This document shows, piece after piece, positions 49,979 to 61,999 of a stretch of DNA of 64,000 bases. How positions within the stretch are numbered: position 1 is the first letter of the stretch; the number at the start of each line of letters is the position of its first letter. The position numbers and the translations under genes are program-made. A model generated the notes under the pieces. It was not told the DNA's origin. It worked only from the letters and a program-made list of their open reading frames with translations, and did not search any database. Origin of the DNA: Eledone cirrhosa (lineage: Eukaryota); contig OZ024742.1 of NCBI GenBank assembly GCA_964016885.1, forward strand, positions 350,734,001 to 350,798,000, in the 5' to 3' direction.

Positions 49979-52529
49979 TTGATTGGCTGCATGCTAACTA
50001 AAGACTACCTACCTATATCACTCAAGAACATCCCAACCCCATCCAGGACTACTTACGAGAAATTACTGATAGCTAGTGTCAACTCCTTCGTTAAGCGTAT
50101 TAGATGGCGCACTTTCCACTTCGATAAGAGAAATAAGAAAACAACTACGGTGTCCTCCAATAACAAATTCGGTTTTAAAACCTATAGGAGCCCGCCCCAT
50201 AACTCCATGCTAGATGGATTTGAGAATGACCTCCTATCACTAGTAAGGAATATTAAGTTTAAAAACCCCCATGGGAATAGCAACAAATTCCGAATGAAAC
50301 TGGAAACCTTAGTTAAGGACTTTAACGATAAAAGAGATATCCTGGTCACCTCGGATAAAACCAGAAATATTTATAGCTTAAATTATGATACGTATCGTAG
50401 GTTTATATACAATGAATTAAATAGAAACTATAAAAAGACAACAAGCGCAAACTTAGATGAAATTAATAAGGAAGCATGCGCCATAGTGGATAAACTAGGT
50501 CTGGAAAAGTATACCCAACCATATACCCCTAAGCAACCCAGGTTCACCCTTAAAGACCATAAGGCTGACTTCATTAGTAAACCCTCTGTTAGATTAATTA
50601 GCCCATCGAAGTCAGATATAGGTATTATCAGCAAGAACATTTTAGACGGCGTTATACCCACCATCACGAGGAATATATATCTAGAGCTATGGGAGAATAC
50701 GGAAGAGGTTTTGAAATGGTTTTCAAGCCTTAGAAACCATAAATCCCTTAAATTTATACAATTCGACATCGATGCGTACAACACCTCAATCTCCCCCATA
50801 CTCCTTAATAAGGCCCTAATCATGGCCATGCATAAAAGTCACCTCACTAGGTCTCAAATTGATGTCATTCTTGCGGCCCGGAAAACGATAATCACATTTG
50901 AGGATGAATTGTGGACCCGCAAGAATACGCCCAATAACTTCGACATCACAATGGGATCTAGTGACTCTGCACAAGTAACGGACCTGGTAGGATTGTACCT
51001 CTTAAAGGAGTTACATGAGACATTACCGCACTTGAAGGGCGGCTTATACCGTGATGACGCCCTCCTCACTCTCGAGTATAAAAAGTGCAATATAGAAAGA
51101 ACTAGGAAACAGTTACGTAGGTTCTTTAAAAACTTTAATCTAAGTATTACCATAGATGCAAATGATAAAACAGTAAACTTCCTAGACGCCACCCTTGACC
51201 TAGAAAGTAAAACATTTGCACCCTACCATAAACCTAACGATAGACTAACATATGTAAACTCCAGATCTAACAACCCCAAATCAGTCCTAAATGCTATTCC
51301 CAAGGGGGTCTCTAATAGAATTAGCAGACTGTCCTGTAATGAGAGTATCTTCAACTCCAATGCAGAATATTATGACAAGGCCCTAGCAGAATCTGGTTAC
51401 GGGAGTAGATTATCATATATACATAAGGACTCCCAATCCATGAGTGTGAAACCTACCAACATAATCACACATAGTATGGCCACAAAGCCTAACCAACTTA
51501 GAGGCAAGAATAATAGTAAGAACCCTATTGGTGGTAACCCAGCTAAATGTAAACCACGTAAAGACAATACTAGAGTCCCTCACCACAACTCTAAAACAGT
51601 AAATGATCACGCCATGAATATAAACCATCCGGGCTTAAGCAAAACAGACAACGCCACTAACGTTAATAACGGAACCCTACAAAATAGTACGCACAGTAGC
51701 GAGACTCACCCCACAGATAAGAAAAATAGAAGAAAGAAAAGCATGTATTTAAACCCACTATTTAATTCTCAGGTCCTCACTAACCTCCCCAGAGTATTCT
51801 TCTCATTATTGGAATAAAACTTCCCACCAGGCAATAGATATCGCAACATAATTAACAAAAACGTAATTAAATTATCCTATTCGACCACACCTAACCTCGC
51901 ATCACACCTAGCACGCAGGAACATTAAGAAAACTAGAGAAGGTTTCGAAGCAATTAAAATGGCAGTTAACCACCAGCAACCGACTACACTTGAAAATGGG
52001 CAACATAATAGCATCAATGAGCCATCTAATGATATAGAGGCACCTAGTGATAATGCTAGTAACCAAACTTCGGGAGGTACGCTAACTAATCGAACCCGCA
52101 GTTGCAATTGTAGGCGGAGTAGTAATTGTCCCCTAAGGGGGGATTGCCTCATCAAAAACATCGTATATGCATGTGACGTAACCACACACAACTCTATCAA
52201 AACATATATAGGAGCAACGTCCAATACATTTAAAACTAGATTTAACGCGCATATGTACACGATAGACACGATAGACATAAGAATGCCACCTCACTGGCGG
52301 TATACATCTCCTTCTTAAAAAATAATAGTACCCCATAAAACTTTTTTGGAGGAAGTTTACTAGATCCACGCCATACCGACCGCAGAGCGGAAGTTGTGAC
52401 CTGTGTTTACTGGAATGCCATGCCATAATACACTCTAAACTGAACCTGCTTAACAGGAAATCGGAAATTTTCTGCTCATGCCAACACAAAATCCTGAGTT
52501 CCTTCTTCTATTTTAAACCTAGCACATAG
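49979..52529 (+). pseudogene. PLE RT-GIY-YIG ORF (stop at 51815, frameshift near 52260)
   Basis: SDKT, TLKDHK, QFDIDAY, FDITMGS, GLYRDD, CNCRRSSNCPLRGDC, NIVY...YIGAT, CDLC. Confidence 0.9.
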
Positions 52530-54825
52530 ACGTAACATATATCACGCTACCCCCACCTAGACTATAGCCCCCCCCATCCCCTCCTCCCCCCAGCCCGTAA
52601 CCCAGATAGATAGATACCATAAGGATGGTACAGTCCACTACAAGGTTGGTGTTTTTGCGTGTGTGTGTGTATGTGTGTGTATGTGTGTGTGTGTGTATTC
52701 TTCTTTTTTCTCTCTCACACAAACACACACACACAGACATATGTATGTGTGTGTGCGTGCGTGTGTGCATGCATGCATGCATGCATGGGTGCGTACATTG
52801 TATGCATGTATATTGTATATATATATATATATATGTATATTGTATGCATGCGTATTATATTGTGTGTATGTGTATATGTGACATGTATGTGAATATATGT
52901 ATGTATGCGTATGTGTGTGTATGTGTATGTGTGAGTGTATGATGTGTGTATATATGTGTATATGTATGTATACTTTTCTGTAGAAATCCTCTCTATATGT
53001 GGTGTGTGGCACGAATTCCTCCTATAATACTCTTCTTTGAGAGGAGCACGATATGCAGAGTAACACATATGTATCGCCGAAGTTGAAACTGAGAACCACC
53101 ACCCCTCCTGCTGACCCAAATGTTTACCGAGGACCAGAACACCATTCTCCGCAATATAAGAGAGAAATGCGCTTGCCAGACTATTGATGACCATAACATC
53201 ACATTCCAAGGTAATGGCAAAACACAGTGAATGCTATGCACGACCAGAACACCACAACATGCACATCTGAGCAACACAGATATAATATCAATAACCGAAT
53301 CAACTGAATTTTTTGTAGTTGAAATACATATGGATATGTGTCTGTGTGTATCGGACACACGTACACATAAAGAAGCTGCTGATCTAAATGTACCTGTCAT
53401 GCCTGTCAGAATTCCTAAGGGAATTTTCGGCCAGTTGCTGTCTTGACCGATTGTAGTACCAGTGGGTGAATCAATTGAGTTTTTTTAGTTGAAATACATA
53501 TAAATGTGTGTCTGTGTGTGTCGGACACACGTACACATAAAGAAGCTGCTGCCTAAATGTGCCTATCATGCCTGTCTGAATTCCTAAGAGAATTTTCGGT
53601 CAGTTGCTGATTTGACCGATTAACACCACAATTACTACGTAGCGGTTCTTGCACGTGACTGCTGGACCCGGATGAAACGAAGACGAAGAATTTCCTTGCG
53701 TACCGCTTTGTACCACAGACGCGATCTCACCCTGCCTCGTTAATGTTCTATCGACACCAAAGTTCAACGTTCGGGCTAATATAATTGAATCCAACCAGCA
53801 ACAACATAGCTGGATGACCGATAATCACACCAAACCGGAGTACTGTGATCCTTGTGATTTCGAGATATACAATCACTGACACTGTTACGAAGACCAGAAA
53901 ACCATACTCCATAATATTGAACCAAGTGATTGATTTGTGCGACCAAAGTAACACCACACACATATTGAACTAGGAATATTGGATCCTCCGTCAATGTCCG
54001 GGTGAGCAAAAATAGATTTCTATCTGCATTGGAATTTACGAACTTGTGCATCTGCTGTGGTGTCAAAAACAAACGCGCATGACCGCACAGATAAACAATG
54101 GACTATGCCACGTGGCTTGAACATGTAAGTGAATTGAAGGTTCTGTAACTCTGATACACAGATTATTTATTATTAAGATGTATAAACTTGACATAACTAT
54201 TATCATCTTATATTCTCTCAACTAATCACATTTGATCATATTTCTCTATCCCGTTTTCTCCCCCCATAATTATAATATTTTGATTTTTATTTGAAAAAAT
54301 CGGTTTTTTTACATTATGTTTTCCCCTCCAAATATTCGCTTATATTTCTTTATATATTCTCTATATATTTTTTTACATATATATTTTTTTATCTTTATTA
54401 TTTCCACTTTTATCCTCCTTTATATTTTACCTTATTCTTACTTTTATACCTTATTATAGTGTAATCTTCCCCATGCCTTATTATACATTATTAATTATAG
54501 ATTATTATTATTACTCTTTTTCCATTTCTAATTACCTCATGTACTTTCTCCTCCGTTATATATATATATTGTATGCCCTTTGTGTTTGTGTAGCCTCTGC
54601 ACACCCTCTGCACCCTACTATCGACGCCACCCCATCTATGGTTCAGCTAACCGCTCGACTCCCGGGAATGAATATGACCGCAGCTAGTAAACAAGGACCC
54701 ACACCCCACTCTCCCGCACCAAAATTAGACTTATCGTCCCCTACTTATGCTCTTTACTCTCTTTACTCTTTGTTCATGAATGTTTGGTTGGTAGAGTCCA
54801 TAACACCAATCAAACCCCTTTTATA

Positions 54826-54870
54826 GCTCTGACGAATCCTACGGTTACGTAAGGAAGAAACATTGTAAGC
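54826..54870 (+). ncRNA. Type I minimal hammerhead ribozyme in the 3' pLTR
   Basis: Identical to 49723-49767. Confidence 0.85.
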
Positions 54871-54978
54871 CAATAAAAATCTTTTGATGTTGTAGACGCT
54901 CTTGTGTTCTTTATCGTATATATTTATATATAGTAATAATAGACGTGAAGACTATAATCAGACGAGGGCTCGATAGGG

Positions 54979-55028
<50 letters not shown>

Positions 55029-55467
55029 TAAGGGTGTGTTGTTCGTGTTCATGTATTGTGGTATCGTATTAGTGTACGTCGTTGTGTATAGTCGACCTCT
55101 ACGGTGGTGAGAATTAGATGAGAAAATTGTGAGATATGAAATATTTTTGGTTATACCTTTTGAGCATTTAAACCATTGGATTATAGATCAACTATATAGG
55201 AATTCAATAATTTTCCAATGATTTCGCAGTGCCGGTACAATTATCCTTCAATGAGCTACATATATGCAATAAGAAATAGAAGCCTACAGCAACGTTTTAC
55301 TCGAGTGCTTTAATGAGTCCTTAAGCAGAACATTAGGAGCACTCTTGTAATCTGTATATCTTTTCGTCTATTCGTCTTACTATCTACTATCTATCTATAA
55401 AACCTTTACCTCTTCACGCATACTATATGAAGACACAAATATATATATATGTATATATATATACCTA

Positions 55468-55500
<33 letters not shown>

Positions 55501-55537
55501 GTATATATATATAACATATATTTATATATATATAATG

Positions 55538-55598
<61 letters not shown>

Positions 55599-55610
55599 GC
55601 ATATACACTA

Positions 55611-55673
<63 letters not shown>

Positions 55674-55876
55674 TAATAAATCTAATGCTTGAAACGCGAC
55701 AAATTACAGATGGATGTAATTAAATATTTAATGAGTATAATAATTAAGTCCATTTATTTCAGACGTAAAAAAAAAAGTTAAACACATTTATATGAATGTT
55801 GTTTACAACGTTTTATTAACGACTTAGTGTAGATCGTTATACTGATAACAATCTTGTCAATATTATTACTATTGCA

Positions 55877-56116
55877 GTGAAATGGCATTATCGGTAGATG
55901 GTCGGATGACGTGCTTAGCAGCATAGAAATACGGCCCTTTACGGCCTGAGTTCAAATCCAGCCTCGGTTAACTTCGTCTTTCGTCCTAACGGGTTCGATA
56001 AAAAAAAGTACCAGTCACGCACTGGGGTCGATTTTAATCACCTTTCCCTTTCTCCCACAATTGCTGACCTTGTGCCTATATAAGAAAGCATTATTATTAT
56101 TATTATTATTATTATT
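55877..56116 (+). mobile_element. tRNA-derived SINE with a (TTA)n tail
   Basis: TGGCATTATCGG A-box, GTTCAAATCC B-box, core and tail. Confidence 0.75.
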
Positions 56117-56325
56117 GGTTGGTAAAGCCACGCTTCTTATCGCCTCCAGTCTTTTTCAACGTTTTGCCTCTCTTTCAACCGTTCTAAACCTTTTATTCAA
56201 GTTTTAAATTTGATAAAAGTTTTGAAGAAGTGACCCACCCAATACAGGGGTTCACTAGTAAATAATACGGCAGCCATTTACGGGGTGTCGTATTCGTGTA
56301 AAAATACTTTTTGAAAAATTTCAAC

Positions 56326-58370
56326 ATGGATAACACAAAAAAGAGAGAGAGAGCGCTGTCAGACAACACAGAGAGAGGGAGACTTTTTCAGCATGTCAAC
56401 AAGACAGCGTTCCAGCGGAGGTAAATATAAATGAAAATATTACAAAGGAAAAAAAGATTGTTACAGATTTAAAATTACCAAATATTTCTAACACAAACAA
56501 CACCACCAACAACACCAACAACATCGCCAACAACAACAATAACAGCGGTAAAGTCGAGAACGACAATAACAAAAATAACAGCGGTAAGGTCGAGAACGAC
56601 AATAACAAAAATAACAGCGGTAAGGTCGAGAACGACAATAACAGTGACAATAACAACAGCCACAACAACAATAATAGTAGGATCAGTATCAACAAAAACA
56701 ACAATAATAACAACAGCCACAATAACAGTAACAGCAGCAACAGTATCAACGAAAACAACACCAACAACTGTACCAGCGAAAAGAACAACAATGACACCGT
56801 AACCTGTAATAGCGACCTCAGCACCACTAGTAAGACCAGTAGCGCCAGCAATAGTGGTGCTGCTGAAAAAGGTACCACTTCTTTTGCATGTGTCGCCCGA
56901 AATATCGAGACAGTGTTAGTCACAGAGGAGGAGATGGCAGTCGCAAGGGCCATGGTGACAAGAAGCGCAAATAGAGTTCCCCTGAAACCTCCACCCGATT
57001 TTTTCAAGGACCAGCAGCTACGAACGGTGATTTACCGCACCGTAAGCAAAATCTCACACCGAGTGGAGAGAGCCACGGAGGCTCAAATCCAAAAGGCCTT
57101 GGTGTGCGTCTGGGCACGCAAAACCCACATCACCCGAGGCAGAAAATACGCCACAGTAGACGTATTTTTCGCCACCCCCCAGGAAGCAAAGTCTCACTCT
57201 TTGGAAACCCTAAAGAGTGAGGAATTAGTCTTGGTGCCCTCCTACTTCGGGCAGACAATTGTGAGGGTCAAAGTGACCCAGGTCCAACCCGACGTGCCCA
57301 TACCTTGGCTGGCCGTGTCTGTCCTTGCTGGAATTGAGAACAAGGCGACCATGCTGCAAGTAGAAAAAATAGGGAAAGAGAACTGGTCAGGTATAGGCAT
57401 GCAAATGCTTATACAAACTGACCAGGAATGTATCGAGGCTATCCCCGATATCATAGACTTTGAGGAAGGACTCCAACTCCCTATAAATGTAGAAGGAAGA
57501 CGGCCAAAATGTTATCTCTGTGGGTCGAAAGGTCACCTCAGGGCCTTTTGCCCGCAGAAGACACCGAAGAGGGCCCCTCACCTTCCAATACCTGGTCCGC
57601 TGCTACCAAGAGCAGGACAGGCAACAAACGAAGAAGCCCCTTCGACGGTGAGTAGGAGGGCAACGTCCGTAGCACCCGTACCAAGGCCACGGATAACTAA
57701 AGCAGCATCATCAGTAGCGGCAACACCGATAGCTACATTTGAAATAGCTACACCAGCAACAACATTGCCGAAGAGGGCTCCACTACCACCACCAACAGCC
57801 GTGGAGCACATACCCCTCCCAGACGCCACTGAATCCGACATGCAGTTTGAGGCGGGAGTGACATGGCAAACAGTCTGCCACAAAAAAACAAAAACAAAAA
57901 AAACAACCTTAGATTCACCCTCCAAAAGCGAAGGCATACGAAGAGGGGTAAAGGCAGCAAGGAAACTTGCAGCAACACCACCACAAACACCAACAACGCA
58001 AACACAACAAGACACACACACCAAACAGCAACAAGAAGAAAACGGCAACAAAATCACCCCTCCCCCCAAAAAGTACACAGCCATAAACATAGCAAAAAAA
58101 GAACTTATAAAATATATAAAGTAGCACACAGACATCACGGAAACAAACTACTACACCCCACCAACACCAAGAACTCTCCCGACAAACATAAGCATCATCG
58201 AAATCTCAATAGAACAATAGAAACCTTTAAAACAAAAATTCCCCAACGCAGTTGAAGACTTCAGAGGGACGGTTACCAAGAGGATATACACTGACATCCT
58301 CTTGGAAACACCCATGACCAGCGAAAGGGACGGTTCTACTGTCCCTTCACCACACGAACGAGGTAAGTGA
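56326..58370 (+). pseudogene. ORF1 of family B (zinc knuckle, Asn-rich repeats)
   Basis: Frameshift near the start and two premature TAGs (58122 and about 58218); natural end ...ERGK* at 58368-58370. Confidence 0.8.
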
Positions 58371-58402
58371 CCCTTTCTCATTTGCCCCATTTCTCATCCA
58401 AC

Positions 58403-61400
58403 ATGGCTGTACTCAGAATAGGCAGTATAAATGTACGTGGCCTGGGGTCATCTTGGAAGCAGGGTCACCTGCTCAATGACCTCAGGTCACTAAACATAGA
58501 TGTGGTGGCCATCAGTGAAACCAGAATCTCCGAGGCACGGGCCTTCACACCGATCTTCGGCGGCTACGATGTATACGCATCTGCCAGCCGTCCAGGATCG
58601 GGGGGAGGGGTTGCCGTCCTTTTTCGGAGAGGCTTGGATCTCGCGATACGGGCCATCTTCCTGGATCCAGAAGGTAAGTCGGTGGTGCTGGACGTGACCG
58701 GCAGCGAAGGCAATGCTTTCAGGCTAGTAGCCGTCTACGCCCCAGCAGGGGCTGGACGGCCAGATTTCTTCAGACGTCTAGAGACCTTTCTTGGAACGTC
58801 CCGCTCTTTAGTGTTAGTGGGCGGCTGGAACGGTATCTTGGATGCACGCTGGGATCGTGTGGGGCTAGTGGATAGGGGAGGAGGGTGCAAGAGCCTCACC
58901 AACCTGCTCAGACGGTTTGAACTGTCTGACAGGTATCGACTGGATCACCTGAATGTGCCAATGTGGACATGGACAAACCGCATCGGGTCACGCAGGGAAC
59001 TAGATAAGGCTAGTATAAATTGTACACAATTTAAAATAGTCGACTACACAGACCACAAATTTGTGATCTGTGAGATCGACATAGATAGACTTCATAGACA
59101 AGGGCCTGGTTACTGGAAGCTGAACGTCTTTCCCGGCGCGCAAGGCCTACAGAGACCGGATTAGCGTATTAGTTAAGCGGGCGTTGACGGGAGCGGTCGT
59201 CAGCAACAGTCGATTAGGTTTAGCAAAGGAGTAATGATAGAGGAAAATAGAGTAGATGGAGCTCTAGTCAGAAAGCTAGAAGAGGCGTTTAGGACAGGCA
59301 TCGCAAACGACGTGCTTGCGGCGAGATTGGCACTCGACCAATTCTTCAACGCAAAACACGAAGGCTGCGTTGTCAGAGCTAGAGCGCGTGCTTTGAAACA
59401 CGAGGGGACAAAAGCCGTCCAATGGGCCCCGGTGGCAGAGGCGCGCTGTGGCAATAAAGCCACAATTCAGTCTTTGTCTGACCAAAACGGGTGCGTGATG
59501 CTCGAACCCGAGCGGATGTGTGAAGCTTTTCAGCAGCAATTTGCTGAACAGTTCGCGTGCGGCGGCGGCCCGGATCGGGGCATGGACTTCAGTGCATACC
59601 TCGACGGACTCCCTCGGCTCTCGACGACCGCAGCACAGTGTTGCGAAAAGCCAATAACAGCCGGTAAAATACGGGAAGCGATAAATCGCCAGGTTTAGAT
59701 GGTCTGCCCTACGAGCTTTATGCATTTATGCCAGACTTGTTCGGTGACCTCTTGGCAGACTTCTACTCCAACTGGCAGCAGAACGGGAGCATTCCCAGTT
59801 TTGTGAGCCGGGGAGCAGTGGCGCTGCTGAGAAAAGACCCGAACAAGGGCGATGTTATTGATAATAACGCAGAGTTCAAGATTTTGGCCAAGGTGTTAGC
59901 AACGAGGTTGGCGCTTGTCGTCAAGGGTCTGGTGGGAGAGGCGCAGACACGCGCCATCCCGGACAGATCCATACACGACAACCTCCACCTCATGCGATAC
60001 ATCATAGAGAATGTGGTTAAGGAACCTGACAAGGGTGGGGCCCTGATCAACTTGGATCAATCCAAAGTATTCGATAGGGTCGACCATCGGTACCAGGCGG
60101 CGGTCCTCGAGGCAGCCGGTTTCGGGCCCGTTTTCAGGCGTTGGATCGCAGCAATGTACAGCGACATCTGCTCAGTTGTGAGGGTGAACGGTCACCTGTC
60201 GCAGCCGTTCAGTATCATGCGCTCAGTGCGCCAGGGTTGTCCCCTCTCGTCCCTCTTGTACGTAGTCCCACGCGAACTAGGATGCGGGAAATCCGAGTCG
60301 GCTTACGCTGACGACGTCACCGTGGTGGTGTCGAGCACCAGACACGTCCAGATGCTCGGCACCGCTCTCAAGGAATACGAAACGGTGATCGGAGCAAATA
60401 TAAACCAGGAAAAGTCGGTGGGCTTGCAGCTAGGCACCTGGAGAAGCAAGTCCATGCCGTCCGACAGCGTCGTGGGGCGTTGGACGGACGGACCGGTTAA
60501 ATTGCTCGGGGTCTGGTTCGGACCGGACCTCCAGATGGAGAAAAACTGGAACGAGGTGACGAGCAGGGTGGCCTCCCTCACCCAGAAATGGGCTGAGAGG
60601 AAGCTATCCCTGAAAGGCCGGGCGGAAGTGGCGAATGCGTACATCGCATCCGTCATCTGCTACCGCCTCACCGTCGTCCCTTGCTCCAGCCCAACTCTCA
60701 CCAAAATGGAGCGCCTCCTCTTCCGCTTTTTGTGGAAGGGACGCGCTCCCATGGTCAGACGATCCATCTGCTGTCAACACCCGTTGCGTGGAGGACTGGG
60801 CATGCCATGGCTGATGATGCGCAAACATGCGCTGAGGCTGCGACATCTCTGGTGCTTCCTTGATGGTGAACGGGTGTGGTGGCCGTTCGCCAGGCATATT
60901 TTCCCACAGCTCGTCTCCTTGACGGAGCTGCAGTACTGGGTCAGAAAAAGACCGAGGGATAACGCTTGGAAACTGGAATGTTTCCAGGCGCTCACTGCCC
61001 TCTCCCAGTTGGGCACCAGTATCGGTGGAACATCCACCTCGGCGTTCTATAGAGGACTAGTGGAGGGGAAGAGCGACGACGTTCTCGGAGAGATCCTGGG
61101 CGTCGAAGAAGATCAGCTGCTTGCTCTCTTCCGGAGAACTTTCAGCTCGGGGCCTATGGATAACTTCCAAAAATCCCTGGCCTGGCAGTGCTACCGGAGA
61201 GCGCTGCCGTTTCGAGATAATCTCTACAGGCACGGAAGTGCCGTCAGCCGAGCCTGTCCGAGATGCGCGCAGAGCGACGAAACCGTTGTGCACGCACTCG
61301 TTCAGTTCCCGAGCATTGCTGACTTGTGGAGCTATGTCAAACAGTTGCTGTCACGTGTGGGACTGATCCGGTTGTCGACTGAATCTATTGTGCAGATGGT

Positions 61401-61671
61401 CTCGCCGTCTTCCTTTGAGGAGGAAGGGCAGGCGGTTTTCATCTGCCTGGTGGCCATGGCGAAAGAGATTGTGTGGTGGACAATGTTAAAAGGATTAAAG
61501 ACAAACACTTTCCTCTTCGGCGAATCCCTGATTAACTTTTTCAAGTTTCACTTGAAGAGGAAAATCAGGGTGGAGAGGCAAGTGCTGCTTTCTAGCAAGT
61601 TTGTTGAAAGGTGGGTGAATGTAGCGAGAATGGTCCGAGTGAACGGGACCACTCTGAATATACGTCTGTAG
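58403..61671 (+). pseudogene. ORF2 of family B (APE-RT), frameshifted
   Basis: ORF pieces 58367-59164, 59234-59698 and 59728-61671; RQGCPLS, AYADD, CPRC. Confidence 0.9.
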
Positions 61672-61961
61672 TTTGAGAGATGGAAACATTGAGAGAGGGC
61701 GCTTGCTCTGGTAGTCAGGGTGGCCGTGGTCTTTTGTGTGGTTTTCGCCACGAGTAACCCTCGGAGGTTTCCCCCCTATTGGGGAATTTTTCATTGTTTC
61801 AATTTTCATTTTATTATTTATATATATATATATGTATTATGTCTTTTTTCTTTTCTCATATAAATAATAAAAAATATTTACACGCACAAAACCCACATCG
61901 TACCGTCCTGTTCCGTCTGTGATTTTTTTCTTGATGTCAGCCCTTGTGGCCAATAAAGAAA

Positions 61962-61998
<37 letters not shown>

Positions 61999-61999
<1 letters not shown>

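Larger units (their letters stand above)
49569..54981 (+). mobile_element. Near full-length Naiad-like Penelope element with direct pLTRs (49569-49819 and 54672-54922)
   Basis: Direct repeats of about 250 bp, each with an HHR, bracket an RT-GIY-YIG ORF; inserted between (CA)n and (TA)n. Confidence 0.92.
56117..61962 (+). mobile_element. Full-length but disrupted Tx1/L1-clade LINE (family B)
   Basis: ORF1 with CYLCGSKGHLRAFC; ORF2 APE-RT homologous to family A; AATAAA followed by (ATT)n. Confidence 0.92.

Noticed and set aside
51815-51817. Programmed readthrough between RT and endonuclease
   Set aside because: The codon is TAA at a non-Cys position, the copy has further frameshifts, and the related element at 23073 is open through this region.
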